DNA of 64,000 bases from Candidatus Binatia bacterium (GCA_963664015.2 CAXXLF010000001.1:896001-960000), one strand, 5' to 3'; positions 51,579-61,917 are shown, counted from the first letter of the stretch. Numbers and translations: made by a program. Notes: generated by a model not told the origin, from the sequence alone.

Positions 51579-52274
51579 CTATTTAATTGTTCCCATCTGA
51601 ATCGTCTGAACAACCGATGGCAGTTCGCTAATGTTATGGATAATTCGATCAGCGCCCGCCTCTACTAACTTTTCTTGCTTGGCAAGCCCCGATACAACCC
51701 CGACGGTGTAAATGGAAAGCGGTTTGGCAGAGAGAATATCATCTGGGCTATCGCCGATTAGCATCGTTTCTTCCGCCTTCCATCCCAGCGAGTTGAGACA
51801 GGCCCGGTTCTGATCGGGCGAGGGTTTCAAACGGCAGGAAGCGTCGCGCCCGAAGATTCCTTTGAAAAAGCCACTTAACTTCAAACGCGCCAGTATGCGT
51901 TCGATCGCGTTACTACCGTTTGAGCTGACAATGGCGCATTGATAGTCGTTGGAATGCAGCCATGAGAGAACCTTTGCGGTGCCGTCCACAGGCGTGGTTT
52001 TTTCCATGCCGAGAAACTCGCGGGTCTCGAGAGAGCTGAACACTCGTCCCTGCACGTGACAAACCCGATCCGGCGGGAAGACCTCCACCATGTAGTCATA
52101 GACCGTCCGCATCAGTTTGAACCCCAGCCCCTTGGCCTGCTCCACGATGGCCGGAGGAATCCCCTCTTCGAGATAAATGCTTTCAATGTCCAGGACAGCC
52201 TGACGCCAGTCTACGTGGGGTCCAAGCCTGACCAGCGTATGGTCAAAATCAAAGATGATCTTGCTGAAGGCCAT
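51579..52274 (-). CDS. HAD-family hydrolase (phosphoglycolate phosphatase-like)
   Basis: FDFDHTL, VSSN, KPSP, IGDSPDD. Confidence 0.85.
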   Translation of the reverse strand: MAFSKIIFDFDHTLVRLGPHVDWRQAVLDIESIYLEEGIPPAIVEQAKGLGFKLMRTVYDYMVEVFPPDRVCHVQGRVFSSLETREFLGMEKTTPVDGTAKVLSWLHSNDYQCAIVSSNGSNAIERILARLKLSGFFKGIFGRDASCRLKPSPDQNRACLNSLGWKAEETMLIGDSPDDILSAKPLSIYTVGVVSGLAKQEKLVEAGADRIIHNISELPSVVQTIQMGTIK

Positions 52275-52291
52275 AGTGATTGCAAGCTTTC

Positions 52292-53635
52292 TTACATGTA
52301 GGGTTTGAGGAGAAGGCTGACTTTGCCACGTACGGCCTCGGAAACCCCGACACGGCGAAAGAGCACCGCGTCATCGGCAATGGCCGTGGCATCGATTCCC
52401 ACACGGGCAACCGGCTCTCCCGGCCTGACCGAAGGATCGATCCCCATTCCGCGACCGCCCCGCTCGATCCAGAGTCCCTGGTCTGCACGCATCCGGGTCG
52501 ACAGGGCCCACAGAAGATCCGAACCGCCCTCCAGGGGAACATCTGCGTCAACCACAATGACGTTCTTGGCTACGGGCATGCTCTCCCAGATAGCCTGAAT
52601 CAGTGCCTTTACGTCCGTGTGGGTTGTGGGTTCCACAGCTGCCAGGACGGTCAAGCCCAGGCTGCGCGGCGGAATATGGATGCGAACCAGTGACGGGAAC
52701 CTCTGTTTAAGACGGGGTAGATTTTCTGCTTCCCATAGGAATTCTGACAGAGTGGAATCTTCCCCGCTGAAAGGAACCAGGGCGTGGTAGATCGCATCCT
52801 TTCGATGCATCACCGATTTAATCCGTCCTACCGGACACTCGAAGCCCAGATAGTACCCGGAAGACTCGCCGAAGGGGCCTTCGCTTTCTCGTATTTTCGG
52901 AAGGATCTCGCCCTCCAGAACAAACTCGGCGTGTGCTGGAACCTCAATGTCCGATTGCAAACAGCGAACCATCTCAATAGGCCGTGAGGCCAGTCCTCCA
53001 CCCATGGCAAACTTTTCACCATCAGGTGCTCGAATCACCGAGGCGAGTAGAGTCAAGGGATCGCAACCGATGACGAAGGCTATGGGCAACGGTTGATTGC
53101 GAGCTTCCGCGTTTCGGAGGAACGAAGCGATGGGTGGGTTGTTGAGCAGGATCCCTATCCTGTCGCCGCCTTTAATTTGGACACGGTGGATGCCGCAGCT
53201 CAGCGTCCCCGTCTCCGGATCGCGCGCAACGGCAATGGCACTGGTGAGATAGGGGCTCACGTCACCCTCGTGGTGAGTCAAGACCGGTACGAGCTTCGGC
53301 ACATCGATGTCCTTGCCGTGAACGACCTCCTTGACCGGACCATCGCTTAATAATTTGGGCGGGATGAGCTGCTTGCGCCGTGCCCCATAAAGGGCAAGGA
53401 GATCCTGAGGGTTTCCGAAGGCCAGCTCCACTCTCCGGCGGTGGCCGAGAAGGCCTCCCACCAGGGAAAAGGCGGAACCCTTTACATGGGGCAAAAGGGT
53501 GGCCTTGCCAGTGCTCTCTTCTACCAAACGTATGGCCGCTGCGGCCTCTTCCTTAGGGGAAAGCTCGACAGGGACATCCAAAATATCGTCGGTTTTCTTC
53601 AGGCGGTCAATAAACTCTCTAAGGTCGCGAAACAT
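52292..53635 (-). CDS. UbiD-family decarboxylase
   Basis: MFRDLREFI, GIHRVQ, VPAHAEFVLEG, EGPFGESSGYY, WALSTR, GIDAT; GGAGG RBS. Confidence 0.9.
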   Translation of the reverse strand: MFRDLREFIDRLKKTDDILDVPVELSPKEEAAAAIRLVEESTGKATLLPHVKGSAFSLVGGLLGHRRRVELAFGNPQDLLALYGARRKQLIPPKLLSDGPVKEVVHGKDIDVPKLVPVLTHHEGDVSPYLTSAIAVARDPETGTLSCGIHRVQIKGGDRIGILLNNPPIASFLRNAEARNQPLPIAFVIGCDPLTLLASVIRAPDGEKFAMGGGLASRPIEMVRCLQSDIEVPAHAEFVLEGEILPKIRESEGPFGESSGYYLGFECPVGRIKSVMHRKDAIYHALVPFSGEDSTLSEFLWEAENLPRLKQRFPSLVRIHIPPRSLGLTVLAAVEPTTHTDVKALIQAIWESMPVAKNVIVVDADVPLEGGSDLLWALSTRMRADQGLWIERGGRGMGIDPSVRPGEPVARVGIDATAIADDAVLFRRVGVSEAVRGKVSLLLKPYM

Positions 53636-53845
53636 GGCATGCCTCCATGGCCCTCGGTGAGGATAGCAGGTGAATGGTTGCAACAGTAATCTTACGGACC
53701 CAATACTCTGGAGTTACCGGGCAGTCAAGCAACTGAATTCGGAACACAGCGGTTTGCTCAGGGTCCCCTTGCCCTTTGAGGACAATACGACAAAGCGTCG
53801 CTGGATGGGCAATTCGGTTCGGTTATTAAACCCGCCGGACAAGAG

Positions 53846-54856
53846 TCACAGGGAAAGCCCTGAACCAGGCACCACTCCATGAGGCCTCATCCTGGACTCG
53901 AAACGAAAGTCCCGGAACGGGGCGTCAAAAAGCTCCTCCGGCTCGAGTCTTTTCTGCGTAAGCCCTTGGTCCTGTGCGTAGGCCAGGAATTGGGCCAGCT
54001 CGGAGCGATTTTTTTCGAATCCATAGGGCCAAGGGTCTTCCCCGAAGGTTTGCACAGTATCATCGAGGTAGGCGCGCATCAACGGCAGACTGGTCATCCG
54101 CTCGTTTTGAAGTAGATCATAAGCGCACTGCTTGGCCTGATCGAAAGCCACGGAAAGTTCATCGGGAAGCCCCGGCCTCATCTCCAGAACTTCTTTTCGC
54201 ACCACGATAACATGGACGATGACATGAAACCCTGTCTTACGATAGAACTCCCGCTGTAGCGAGTGGGCATCGGGATAGAGGCGGATCAGTTGGTGACGCC
54301 GATTTTCCGGGACCATGGGCATCCCTTCGTGCATGAGGCAATCGACAGTACCGTCCAAAAGCGGTTCCGCCCCCCAGTGGGGCCCGGGGCTTACAGCGAC
54401 ATTGACCCCCTTGGGGAAACCCATCCTCGAGTCACGCTCTTTCGAGGTCGTGGTCCATTGGATCTCCTCCGGCAGGACACTGTAGTCGTCTTTAAGGATG
54501 CCCCGATGCCAGATGGAAGAGGTCATATAGTACTGGGGAACGGCAACCCGGCGTCCGCGCAGATCTTCTGGCGATTGGAGGCCGGCGTCCCTACGGGTAT
54601 AGACATACTGGTGAAGGAATATCCGATCGGGAAACACCGGGATGGCGCTGAAGGGTTCCCCTTGATCCCGCAAAAAGGCGTAATGGGCTAGGGGCATCTC
54701 GGCCGCATCAAAGACCCCACCTACCAGTCCCGCCACACCGGTACCCGCGGGAACAACTACCACCGTCACGTTCCGGACCGGAACCTTTCCCGTGTGCAGC
54801 GCTGCGGTGCGATCAAACCTCTGAATGGCTAGGGTTATGGGCCTGAGAGCGGGCAT
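53846..54856 (-). CDS. 4,5-dihydroxyphthalate decarboxylase-like protein (Pht5/OphC family)
   Basis: DRTAALHTGKV, FDAAEM, AIPVFP, DLRGRRVAVPQY.MT...W.RG, HVIVVR, DPWPYG, QGL. Confidence 0.75.
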   Translation of the reverse strand: MPALRPITLAIQRFDRTAALHTGKVPVRNVTVVVVPAGTGVAGLVGGVFDAAEMPLAHYAFLRDQGEPFSAIPVFPDRIFLHQYVYTRRDAGLQSPEDLRGRRVAVPQYYMTSSIWHRGILKDDYSVLPEEIQWTTTSKERDSRMGFPKGVNVAVSPGPHWGAEPLLDGTVDCLMHEGMPMVPENRRHQLIRLYPDAHSLQREFYRKTGFHVIVHVIVVRKEVLEMRPGLPDELSVAFDQAKQCAYDLLQNERMTSLPLMRAYLDDTVQTFGEDPWPYGFEKNRSELAQFLAYAQDQGLTQKRLEPEELFDAPFRDFRFESRMRPHGVVPGSGLSL

Positions 54857-56033
54857 AGTTTTCCCCTTGGGTTTCCTTGAGCGAAGGATTTCCATGAGTC
54901 CGTTTGATGCGGCTGGCGTGAAACCCTTCGAAAACCATTTTCCTCCATCCAATCACGACGGCATCGGTCCACGACAACCGTTCGGTTGCACTGTAATCCT
55001 GCGCGGCAACGATCTTCAGGTCTTGCTCGGAAAGGTTGATATTCCTTGCCCAACGGCGAAAAAGGTAATAGCGCACACAAAACCAGGCCTTGGACAGGAT
55101 CGATCCTTTGACAAAATGCCAGTAGAAATTGGTCACACCACGTTCGTCAATAGGCACGCCCCATCGGATATAGAGATGATCCGGGTAGGCGATCCGGGTC
55201 ATGCCCGGCAAGACGATCTCCTGCGTATAGGGTTTGCCGGTAAAGGTTCCCTTTTTCCAGTTGGGCTTGAACAACCACAACCAGGCTTTGCGCATCAACC
55301 GCTTGGGGAAGCGTCCAAGCCCAGGATAGTCCTGCTGCATAGGCGGAAAGGACTCTTTGATAACCGCAATCCCCCGGCCCTCATAGGTCAACTTTGGGGT
55401 CAGCTTCTGCCCGAGAGGACCGATCGTGGTCAGCAACCCTTCAGCCGAATCACGATGAACGTACGGTGCATGCCCATCAATGGCGTTCTCGATCAGGGGC
55501 CGCCAGTTGATGGGCCAATTCATTACCTCTGTAAGGATCAAGACATCCGGATTCAGAAACTCTTCCGGAACATCCTCCTCTACAGGCACCGGTGTACCGT
55601 CCCCGATCCATATCCAGACAATGTCACGGAACTCACGGACGGTCCGGGACGGGACCCGAATTCCCAAGCTTGGGATCTTGGAATCTGGGCCTTCGACGAG
55701 AGCTGCCACACAATGGCCTTCGCTGTCGAAGGTCCACGCGTGATAGGGGCAAGTGACCGTACCTGGGAAGTGACAATCCCCTTGCGACAAGCGGCCCCCG
55801 CGATGGGGGCATAGATCCCGGAGGGCAACAATCTTGCTATCACGGCTGCGAAACAAGACCAGGTTTTCCCCCAACAACCGCACGCCCACCGGCTTTTTTT
55901 TCCCAACCTTCTTTGCCTGAATGGCTGGATACCAGTATTCCTTGAGGCCACTGGCGGGGATCTGGTCCCTCAAGTTGGTCTCGGGGGTCGACTCAACTTT
56001 GACGATCTTCTGAGTTGAAGCTACGGTAGGCAT
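54813..56033 (-). CDS. Rieske oxygenase alpha subunit (aromatic ring-hydroxylating)
   Basis: YWYP, CPHRG...TCPYHAWTF Rieske motif; NWRPLIENAIDGHAPYVHR and QD mononuclear iron ligands. Confidence 0.9.
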   Translation of the reverse strand: MPTVASTQKIVKVESTPETNLRDQIPASGLKEYWYPAIQAKKVGKKKPVGVRLLGENLVLFRSRDSKIVALRDLCPHRGGRLSQGDCHFPGTVTCPYHAWTFDSEGHCVAALVEGPDSKIPSLGIRVPSRTVREFRDIVWIWIGDGTPVPVEEDVPEEFLNPDVLILTEVMNWPINWRPLIENAIDGHAPYVHRDSAEGLLTTIGPLGQKLTPKLTYEGRGIAVIKESFPPMQQDYPGLGRFPKRLMRKAWLWLFKPNWKKGTFTGKPYTQEIVLPGMTRIAYPDHLYIRWGVPIDERGVTNFYWHFVKGSILSKAWFCVRYYLFRRWARNINLSEQDLKIVAAQDYSATERLSWTDAVVIGWRKMVFEGFHASRIKRTHGNPSLKETQGENYARSQAHNPSHSEV

Positions 56034-56114
56034 GGGATTAGAACCTCAACCGTTTCTGAGCACCTCTTAAACCCTAATAGGCCCAAACCACTGAGACAGC
56101 ATGTCGAGCAACCA

Positions 56115-57332
56115 TCACTGTGGACTTGGAACCTGGTGAGACAGAAATACCTCTTCTCTCCGAGCGGCTGACTCCAGTATGGCCAGGCAGACTTCCAGCG
56201 TGGCCTCACCCCACCGACCGTCGTGAAAAAGTGGGCGATCATTCATGACGGCCTGATAAAACTCGTTCATTTCCATGGCACGGGAATTCGCTCCTTTCTC
56301 CAAGGCTACCTCATGTCGACCCTGATCATCATAGACGTAAATTCCGTCACGAGATTGGCGTATCTCGCCACGTTCGCAGGTCACGATCGTCAGGCCAAAA
56401 AACGGCTGGTGCGGAGCCGCGTTCCCTCCATGGACGCCGAGACCGTCAAGGGCCCCCCCGGATTGGGTAGGCGCACCGTAGCGCCATTGCTCCAATCGTT
56501 CTTCCAGCAACTGGGCCTTGTCGGGACCATGGCCGATTTCACGGAAAAACTTTCTTGCCTTGGGGGGGCGTTGGGGGTCCTTGATATCCCCTCCCTCTCC
56601 AATCCCCCACACCAGTTCTCCCGTGTCGAAGAAGGCATAACCGCTGTAGACCAAACTGGCCACAACGCCACTTTCAAACTCCAGGTAACACACGTAATGC
56701 CCTTCACCAGGTCGATGGTGATCTCCTATCCCAGACATCGCACGCACACTCCTCACCATGCCACCGCCGATGAGCCGTACGATATCCACTTGATGGGGGC
56801 CCTGGTTCAATACCACCCCCCGACTCATCCGGATATCGTGATCTGAAAAGGGCCGGTAAATATGGTCTTTGTAATAGGATGTCCCGATCATCAGGAGCCG
56901 GCCTAACTCTTCCCTCACCACCATCTCGCTTATCTTTTTCACCGGGGGATCGAAGCTATGGGTATGGCCGGCCATAAGCTTGACCCCGTTCTGCTCCGCT
57001 GCTCTGTTCATCTTCTCGGCCTCGTCGATGGACAGGGCCATGGGTTTCTCGACGATGACGTGCTTGCGATTTTCTAAAGCGGCGATGGCATGTTGGGAAT
57101 GGAACTCATGGGGGGTCGCAACATACACCGCATCGATGTCCGGGCTCCGAACCATCTCTTCAACGCTGGTGTACACCGCCCCGTTAAAATCTCTTTTGAA
57201 CCGGTGCAATGGCGGCTGTCGTAGATCGGCCCCTGCGGCTAATCGGATGTATGGGAGCGCAGCTATATCCGGGAGCAGACGCCCCCCCGCCATGCCAAGC
57301 CCGGCAAATCCGAGTCTTAATACCTGGGACAT
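56115..57332 (-). CDS. Gfo/Idh/MocA oxidoreductase (phthalate cis-4,5-dihydrodiol dehydrogenase-like)
   Basis: GLGMAG, ATPHEFH, EKPMA, GHTHSFD, NQGPHQVDIVRLIGGG, SGYAFFD, HDGRWGEATLEVCLA. Confidence 0.82.
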   Translation of the reverse strand: MSQVLRLGFAGLGMAGGRLLPDIAALPYIRLAAGADLRQPPLHRFKRDFNGAVYTSVEEMVRSPDIDAVYVATPHEFHSQHAIAALENRKHVIVEKPMALSIDEAEKMNRAAEQNGVKLMAGHTHSFDPPVKKISEMVVREELGRLLMIGTSYYKDHIYRPFSDHDIRMSRGVVLNQGPHQVDIVRLIGGGMVRSVRAMSGIGDHHRPGEGHYVCYLEFESGVVASLVYSGYAFFDTGELVWGIGEGGDIKDPQRPPKARKFFREIGHGPDKAQLLEERLEQWRYGAPTQSGGALDGLGVHGGNAAPHQPFFGLTIVTCERGEIRQSRDGIYVYDDQGRHEVALEKGANSRAMEMNEFYQAVMNDRPLFHDGRWGEATLEVCLAILESAARREEVFLSHQVPSPQ

Positions 57333-57400
57333 CTGGGTTACATCTCCGCAGTCAAAGTTTCGTTAATTCGGGCATGAGCCTACCCACAGGGGTCGACGGT

Positions 57401-57429
57401 TTTATATCCGGTCGTCCCAAACCTGTCAA
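57401..57429 (-). promoter_or_regulatory. sigma70 promoter of the oxidoreductase-oxygenase operon
   Basis: Minus strand TTGACA (57429-57424)-N17-TATAAA (57406-57401). Confidence 0.7.
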
Positions 57430-57497
57430 GTGCCACACTGTGGACAGAGGCCCACATTCCATGATAAAAGAAGCATAATCACGAAAGGAGCACACCT

Positions 57498-58046
57498 GTG
57501 GAAAGAGAAAAAATCAGAGAGAATGAACCTGTCCAGCTCGAATATGGCGCCCATTACACAGAAACCTTGCGACAATACGCGACGGCCAGAGACCAAGCCA
57601 AGAACGGCAAGATCGTTATTCGGGCCAAAGATCTACCTTGGCGCCAGGGCCAACAGGGATACTCCAAAAGATATCTGAATTGGCACAGGGTTGCCGACGG
57701 CCATGTCTTGGAAGCAGCAGCCCAGGGTTGGACCTGTTTTATTCAGCATGTCAAAACACATTCGGGTAAACACCGCCATCAAGGTGGAATCCAGTTGTTT
57801 GTTCTGGAAGGGGAAGGATACACCACGGTGAATGGGAAAAGGGTCGATTGGGACAAATGGGACCTGATCATCTTACCCGTGCAGCCCAAGGGATGCGAGC
57901 ACCAACATTTCAATAAGAACCCTGGCACGCCGGCCAAGTGGATGGCGTTCCGTTACCATCCCTTTTCCGAGGTGCTAGGCAATATGTTTGAACATGTGGA
58001 AGATTCACCCGACTGGAACCCCAATCAAAAAGCTGCAGGAAAATAG
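57498..58046 (+). CDS. Cupin-domain protein
   Basis: SGKHRHQGG...FVLEGEGYT...W...DLIILP...HQHFN; AAGGAG RBS, GTG start. Confidence 0.85.
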   Translation: MEREKIRENEPVQLEYGAHYTETLRQYATARDQAKNGKIVIRAKDLPWRQGQQGYSKRYLNWHRVADGHVLEAAAQGWTCFIQHVKTHSGKHRHQGGIQLFVLEGEGYTTVNGKRVDWDKWDLIILPVQPKGCEHQHFNKNPGTPAKWMAFRYHPFSEVLGNMFEHVEDSPDWNPNQKAAGK

Positions 58047-58474
58047 CCGACAGCACCATTCCCGCCGTACACAACATCCCACAATACGGGGATAACGACG
58101 TGGTTTTTTTGCAACGGCCTCGGCCGCTGCAAAAAGACACCCTGCGGAGTCATCAGAATGACTGGGCGAATCCGCAGGTCCGTCGAACACCTCCAGAAAA
58201 ACGGCTACCAGTTTGACGCACAGGAGAACTACCGGGAGTTGCCCTTTCCCGCACTGAATGAAAAGGCAGTAACTTAGCCTGGATTTCTTGCCTTTAATTA
58301 TTAAACAATTCAGTTGGAAATCAGGAATACGATTCTCTTAGGCGGGTGAGGCCAGCCTTTACACAAGGACGGCCCTTGCGGGGGATCGAACTGAAAGCGG
58401 CGCTGTACTCTCCCTTGCTTCAAGCTCGGTCAGTACAGCGCCAATGCTTCAGTCAGTTGTTTAAAACCACTGCT

Positions 58475-58855
58475 CTACTTTTTCTTCTTCTTCTTGCTTC
58501 TCCTTGCCTTCGCCACTCCCTTGCCGTAAACCTTGATCGACAAGGCAGGAAAGTACGGATCGTCAGGATTTTTATAAAGGGTGACCAGGGCCTTGTCACC
58601 TTTTTTCAAATCCTTGAGCGCGATATCCTTATACTTGGCCTTCTGGACCCTCGTGACATCAGCGACACCGATGTACGATGTCCGCATTCTCCCCCTACGT
58701 AGGGTCTGGTAACCGATGGTCGCCTCCCCTACCTCATGGATGAGGATGTCCAATTGCACGATGGTCGGACCCTTGGCCTTCTTCTGCGCATCAGCGGTCC
58801 CGACAAATACGAAAAATGCCAAGGCCACCATTGTAACGAGTTTAATTACTTTCAT
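58475..58855 (-). CDS. Small secreted basic hypothetical protein
   Basis: Signal peptide MKVIKLVTMVALAFFVFVGTADA, IALKDLKKGDKALV, tail KARRSKKKKKK; AAGGAGGAG RBS. Confidence 0.75.
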   Translation of the reverse strand: MKVIKLVTMVALAFFVFVGTADAQKKAKGPTIVQLDILIHEVGEATIGYQTLRRGRMRTSYIGVADVTRVQKAKYKDIALKDLKKGDKALVTLYKNPDDPYFPALSIKVYGKGVAKARRSKKKKKK

Positions 58856-58957
58856 GCTGCTCCTCCTTTCAATTCTCCAAACAAAGTCTAACATTTTAGA
58901 CCATACCGACTTTTTTTTGTCAAGCCCCCCTGGACCGTTTTTCATTAAAAACTCGCC

Positions 58958-60064
58958 CTATCGGGGCCAAAGGGACAGGTTCTCGGATTGCAATTCCAGG
59001 TAGATCGGCTGACCCGTCTTAAAAACCTGGGAAGCAGGTAGCACCAGGACTCGGGTATAGGAGCCTATAGACACGGTGTATTCGTACCGGTCCCCCAGAA
59101 AATGGACGCTGTCCAATTTGGCTTGAAGGATATTTCGCTTGCCATTAGGTACCGTATCCCAGACACGGATGTGGTCCGGTCGGATAGCCACCATAACATC
59201 GCCCCCCTCTACCAGACTGTCGGAAACGGTCGAGCGGATGTTTCCCTGCTCGACCCATATGGGGCAATTCGTCATTCCATCGGGTTCCACCTCTACGGTA
59301 TCTCCCATCTTTACCACTTTTCCCATGATGATAAACGTCTTGCCTAGAAAATCCCGGGCAAAAGTCGTTTCCGGTTTATGGTAGACCTCTTCCGGGGTAC
59401 CGACCTGCTCCAGTTGTCCTTTGTTCATTATCCCGATGCGGTCGGAAAGGCTCAAGGCCTCAATCTGATCATGGGTCACAAACAAAACGGTTACTTTCAC
59501 ACGGCTTTGAAGCGACTTTAACTCCCGGCGCATTTCATCCCTCAGTTGGGCATCCAGATTACTCAAGGGCTCGTCCAGCAAGAGGACACCGGGGGAAAAG
59601 ACAAGCGCCCTGGCCAACGCAACTCGCTGCTGCTGACCACCGCTCAATGCGGGGATAGGACGATCCTCCAACCCAGTTAGGCCCACAAGGTCCAGGGACG
59701 CCAGCACCTTCTCCCGAATCTCGGGCCGCTTCATCCACCGAAGTTTTAGCGGATAGGCCACGTTCTCGAACACCGTCATATGGGGCCAAAGGGCGTAGGA
59801 TTGAAACACCATACCCATGTTGCGCTTCTCGGGATTGACGAACAGGTTTTTGCTTACCGATACGAGTGTCCTATCACCCATGATGATATCGCCCGCATCC
59901 GGCTCCTCCAACCCTCCCACCATTCGGAGCATCGTCGTCTTACCGCATCCGCTTGGGCCCAAGAGGGTAAAGAACTCCCCTTCTTTAACCTCAAGATTTA
60001 CGCCGTTGACTGCAACAACGCTACCAAAATACTTGTATAGACCTTGCAGTTTAAGAAAACTCAT
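58958..60064 (-). CDS. ABC transporter ATP-binding protein (FbpC/PotA type, TOBE domain)
   Basis: GPSGCGKT, FQSYALWPHM, LSGGQQQR, LLDEPLSNLD, VTHDQ. Confidence 0.93.
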   Translation of the reverse strand: MSFLKLQGLYKYFGSVVAVNGVNLEVKEGEFFTLLGPSGCGKTTMLRMVGGLEEPDAGDIIMGDRTLVSVSKNLFVNPEKRNMGMVFQSYALWPHMTVFENVAYPLKLRWMKRPEIREKVLASLDLVGLTGLEDRPIPALSGGQQQRVALARALVFSPGVLLLDEPLSNLDAQLRDEMRRELKSLQSRVKVTVLFVTHDQIEALSLSDRIGIMNKGQLEQVGTPEEVYHKPETTFARDFLGKTFIIMGKVVKMGDTVEVEPDGMTNCPIWVEQGNIRSTVSDSLVEGGDVMVAIRPDHIRVWDTVPNGKRNILQAKLDSVHFLGDRYEYTVSIGSYTRVLVLPASQVFKTGQPIYLELQSENLSLWPR

Positions 60065-60098
60065 ACCCCCCCCTTGTTTGCCCCACGAGACAAATGAA

Positions 60099-61826
60099 TT
60101 AATCGCCTCGGATCCCAACCCGGAGACCCAATATCCTGGCAACGACAGCGATCCCGGTCGTAAGCACCACGATCAACAGTACGGTAATGCTAGCGGCCTC
60201 ACGGTAACCCGCTGCAATTTGGTCCAAGGCTAACAGCGCCAGTGTCCGGGTCTCCGACGTTGCCAAGAGTATTACACTAGACGCACTACGGGCTGCAAAC
60301 AGGAATTTCAATACCCCGATCAAGACCATGGTCTGCGCCATCAACGGGAGCACCACATGAAAATAGGTCCCCCAGAAACCCGCCCCCGACATGCGCGAGG
60401 CCTCCTCCAGTTCCTTGCCCAATTGAACAAAATTGGCTTTAAAAACCTGAGTCGCAAGCGTCACCCCTCCCATCATGGAAGCAATGATGAGTAGAAAGAT
60501 GGTTCCATACATGGGCCTAAAGACAGGCGTCCCAAGAAACATCCACAGAAGCCCCAAACCGGACAGAACACCGGGCACGGCAGAGGGCAGCCAACAGATT
60601 GAGTCGAGAGTCGACCTGCCTGGGAGACGCGTCCGGACGATAATGTAGGCGATGATCGAAAAAAGGAACGGCCCAATCAGTGCCGCACTACAGGCGATGA
60701 TCAACGTGTTTTTCAAGGCCAACATCAGGCGCGGATCCTGAACGGCGATAGCCCAATATTCCGTGGTCCAGGTCGTGGGTAAATTAAAAAACCCAAACCG
60801 TACCATCAGACTACCGCCCAATACGCTAATGATCGGCACCCCGACGGCAAGAAAGCACGTGAGCGACAAACCACCTACGGCAACGTACTTCCAAGCGCCG
60901 AGATCGATAATCTTGGGCTTGAACTGACTGGTAACAGTCGTGAACTGTCTCCGACCAATGAGTTTCCGCTGCAAGGGGATAAAGACCGCGAGAAAGAGCA
61001 GGATGAGGCTGCCTAAGGCCGCCGCTTGGTTGGTCAGGGGCGGCTCCTGCCTTGCCAGGTCCACGATCATCGTCGAATAGACGTAAAATCCCCACGGTAC
61101 TCCGAGAAGGAGCTCGGTTTCAAAGGACTCAAACAATCGGACCAGGCTCAACAACATGACAACGATCAGGACAGGTGTCATAACAGGCAGCGTCACCTTG
61201 AACATGGTCCTCAAGGTGCTGGCCCCCGACATACGGCTGGCCTCCTCCATGTTCGAATCCATCCTGCGGAAGGCGGGGGTCAAGATCATGACTTTGGTGT
61301 CCAACCCACTCAGGGTGTGAACCCAGATAATGCCCCAGAGGGAATAAATATTAAACGGCATCACACCAAACATGTTGCTGAACCATGAGTTGACCAGTCC
61401 TGTGTCCGGATCCAAAAGTAACATCCAGCCGTAGGTCGTTGCCACGCTGGGCAGCATAAAAGAGATCCAGAAAAAGAACTCGAACCCCCTGGCGAAAGGG
61501 ATGTTCGTTCGTGCCAAAACCCATGCCAGGAATACGCCGATGACAAAGACGATGGATTGGCGGATCAACGTTACCTTGAGCGTGTTCCAGAGGGCCTCCC
61601 GGACTCCATATTCGCTAAAGGCCTCGATCCACGCTCCAAAGCCGTAAACGGGATCCTCCGCAATAGTTGCGATATTGAAGCTGTTGATGAGGATCAGGCA
61701 CAACGGGTACAGGATATAAAACCCCATGGTCCCGATGAGGACGATCATCAGAAACAGCCCCCAATTGAGGACCGATATCTTTGGTCGAGATACCGATTGG
61801 ACGGCGGCGCTATTTATCTCAGGCAT
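60099..61826 (-). CDS. ABC transporter permease with two BPD domains (FbpB type)
   Basis: Many TM segments and two EAA loops (EEASRMSGA twice); GGAGGAG RBS. Confidence 0.9.
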   Translation of the reverse strand: MPEINSAAVQSVSRPKISVLNWGLFLMIVLIGTMGFYILYPLCLILINSFNIATIAEDPVYGFGAWIEAFSEYGVREALWNTLKVTLIRQSIVFVIGVFLAWVLARTNIPFARGFEFFFWISFMLPSVATTYGWMLLLDPDTGLVNSWFSNMFGVMPFNIYSLWGIIWVHTLSGLDTKVMILTPAFRRMDSNMEEASRMSGASTLRTMFKVTLPVMTPVLIVVMLLSLVRLFESFETELLLGVPWGFYVYSTMIVDLARQEPPLTNQAAALGSLILLFLAVFIPLQRKLIGRRQFTTVTSQFKPKIIDLGAWKYVAVGGLSLTCFLAVGVPIISVLGGSLMVRFGFFNLPTTWTTEYWAIAVQDPRLMLALKNTLIIACSAALIGPFLFSIIAYIIVRTRLPGRSTLDSICWLPSAVPGVLSGLGLLWMFLGTPVFRPMYGTIFLLIIASMMGGVTLATQVFKANFVQLGKELEEASRMSGAGFWGTYFHVVLPLMAQTMVLIGVLKFLFAARSASSVILLATSETRTLALLALDQIAAGYREAASITVLLIVVLTTGIAVVARILGLRVGIRGD

Positions 61827-61889
61827 TAGGATCTCCTCCTGAAGCACTGAGTCAACGATTCAGTCTGCCAATGACCATCCACAGGCCAG

Positions 61890-61917
61890 AATTTATCGCT
61901 TACGGGAACAATGTCAA
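61890..61917 (-). promoter_or_regulatory. Putative sigma70 promoter for the permease-ATPase pair
   Basis: Minus strand TTGACA-N16-TAAATT. Confidence 0.45.

Noticed and set aside
54825-55814. 329-aa plus-strand ORF
   Set aside because: Antisense shadow of the Rieske oxygenase with no motifs.
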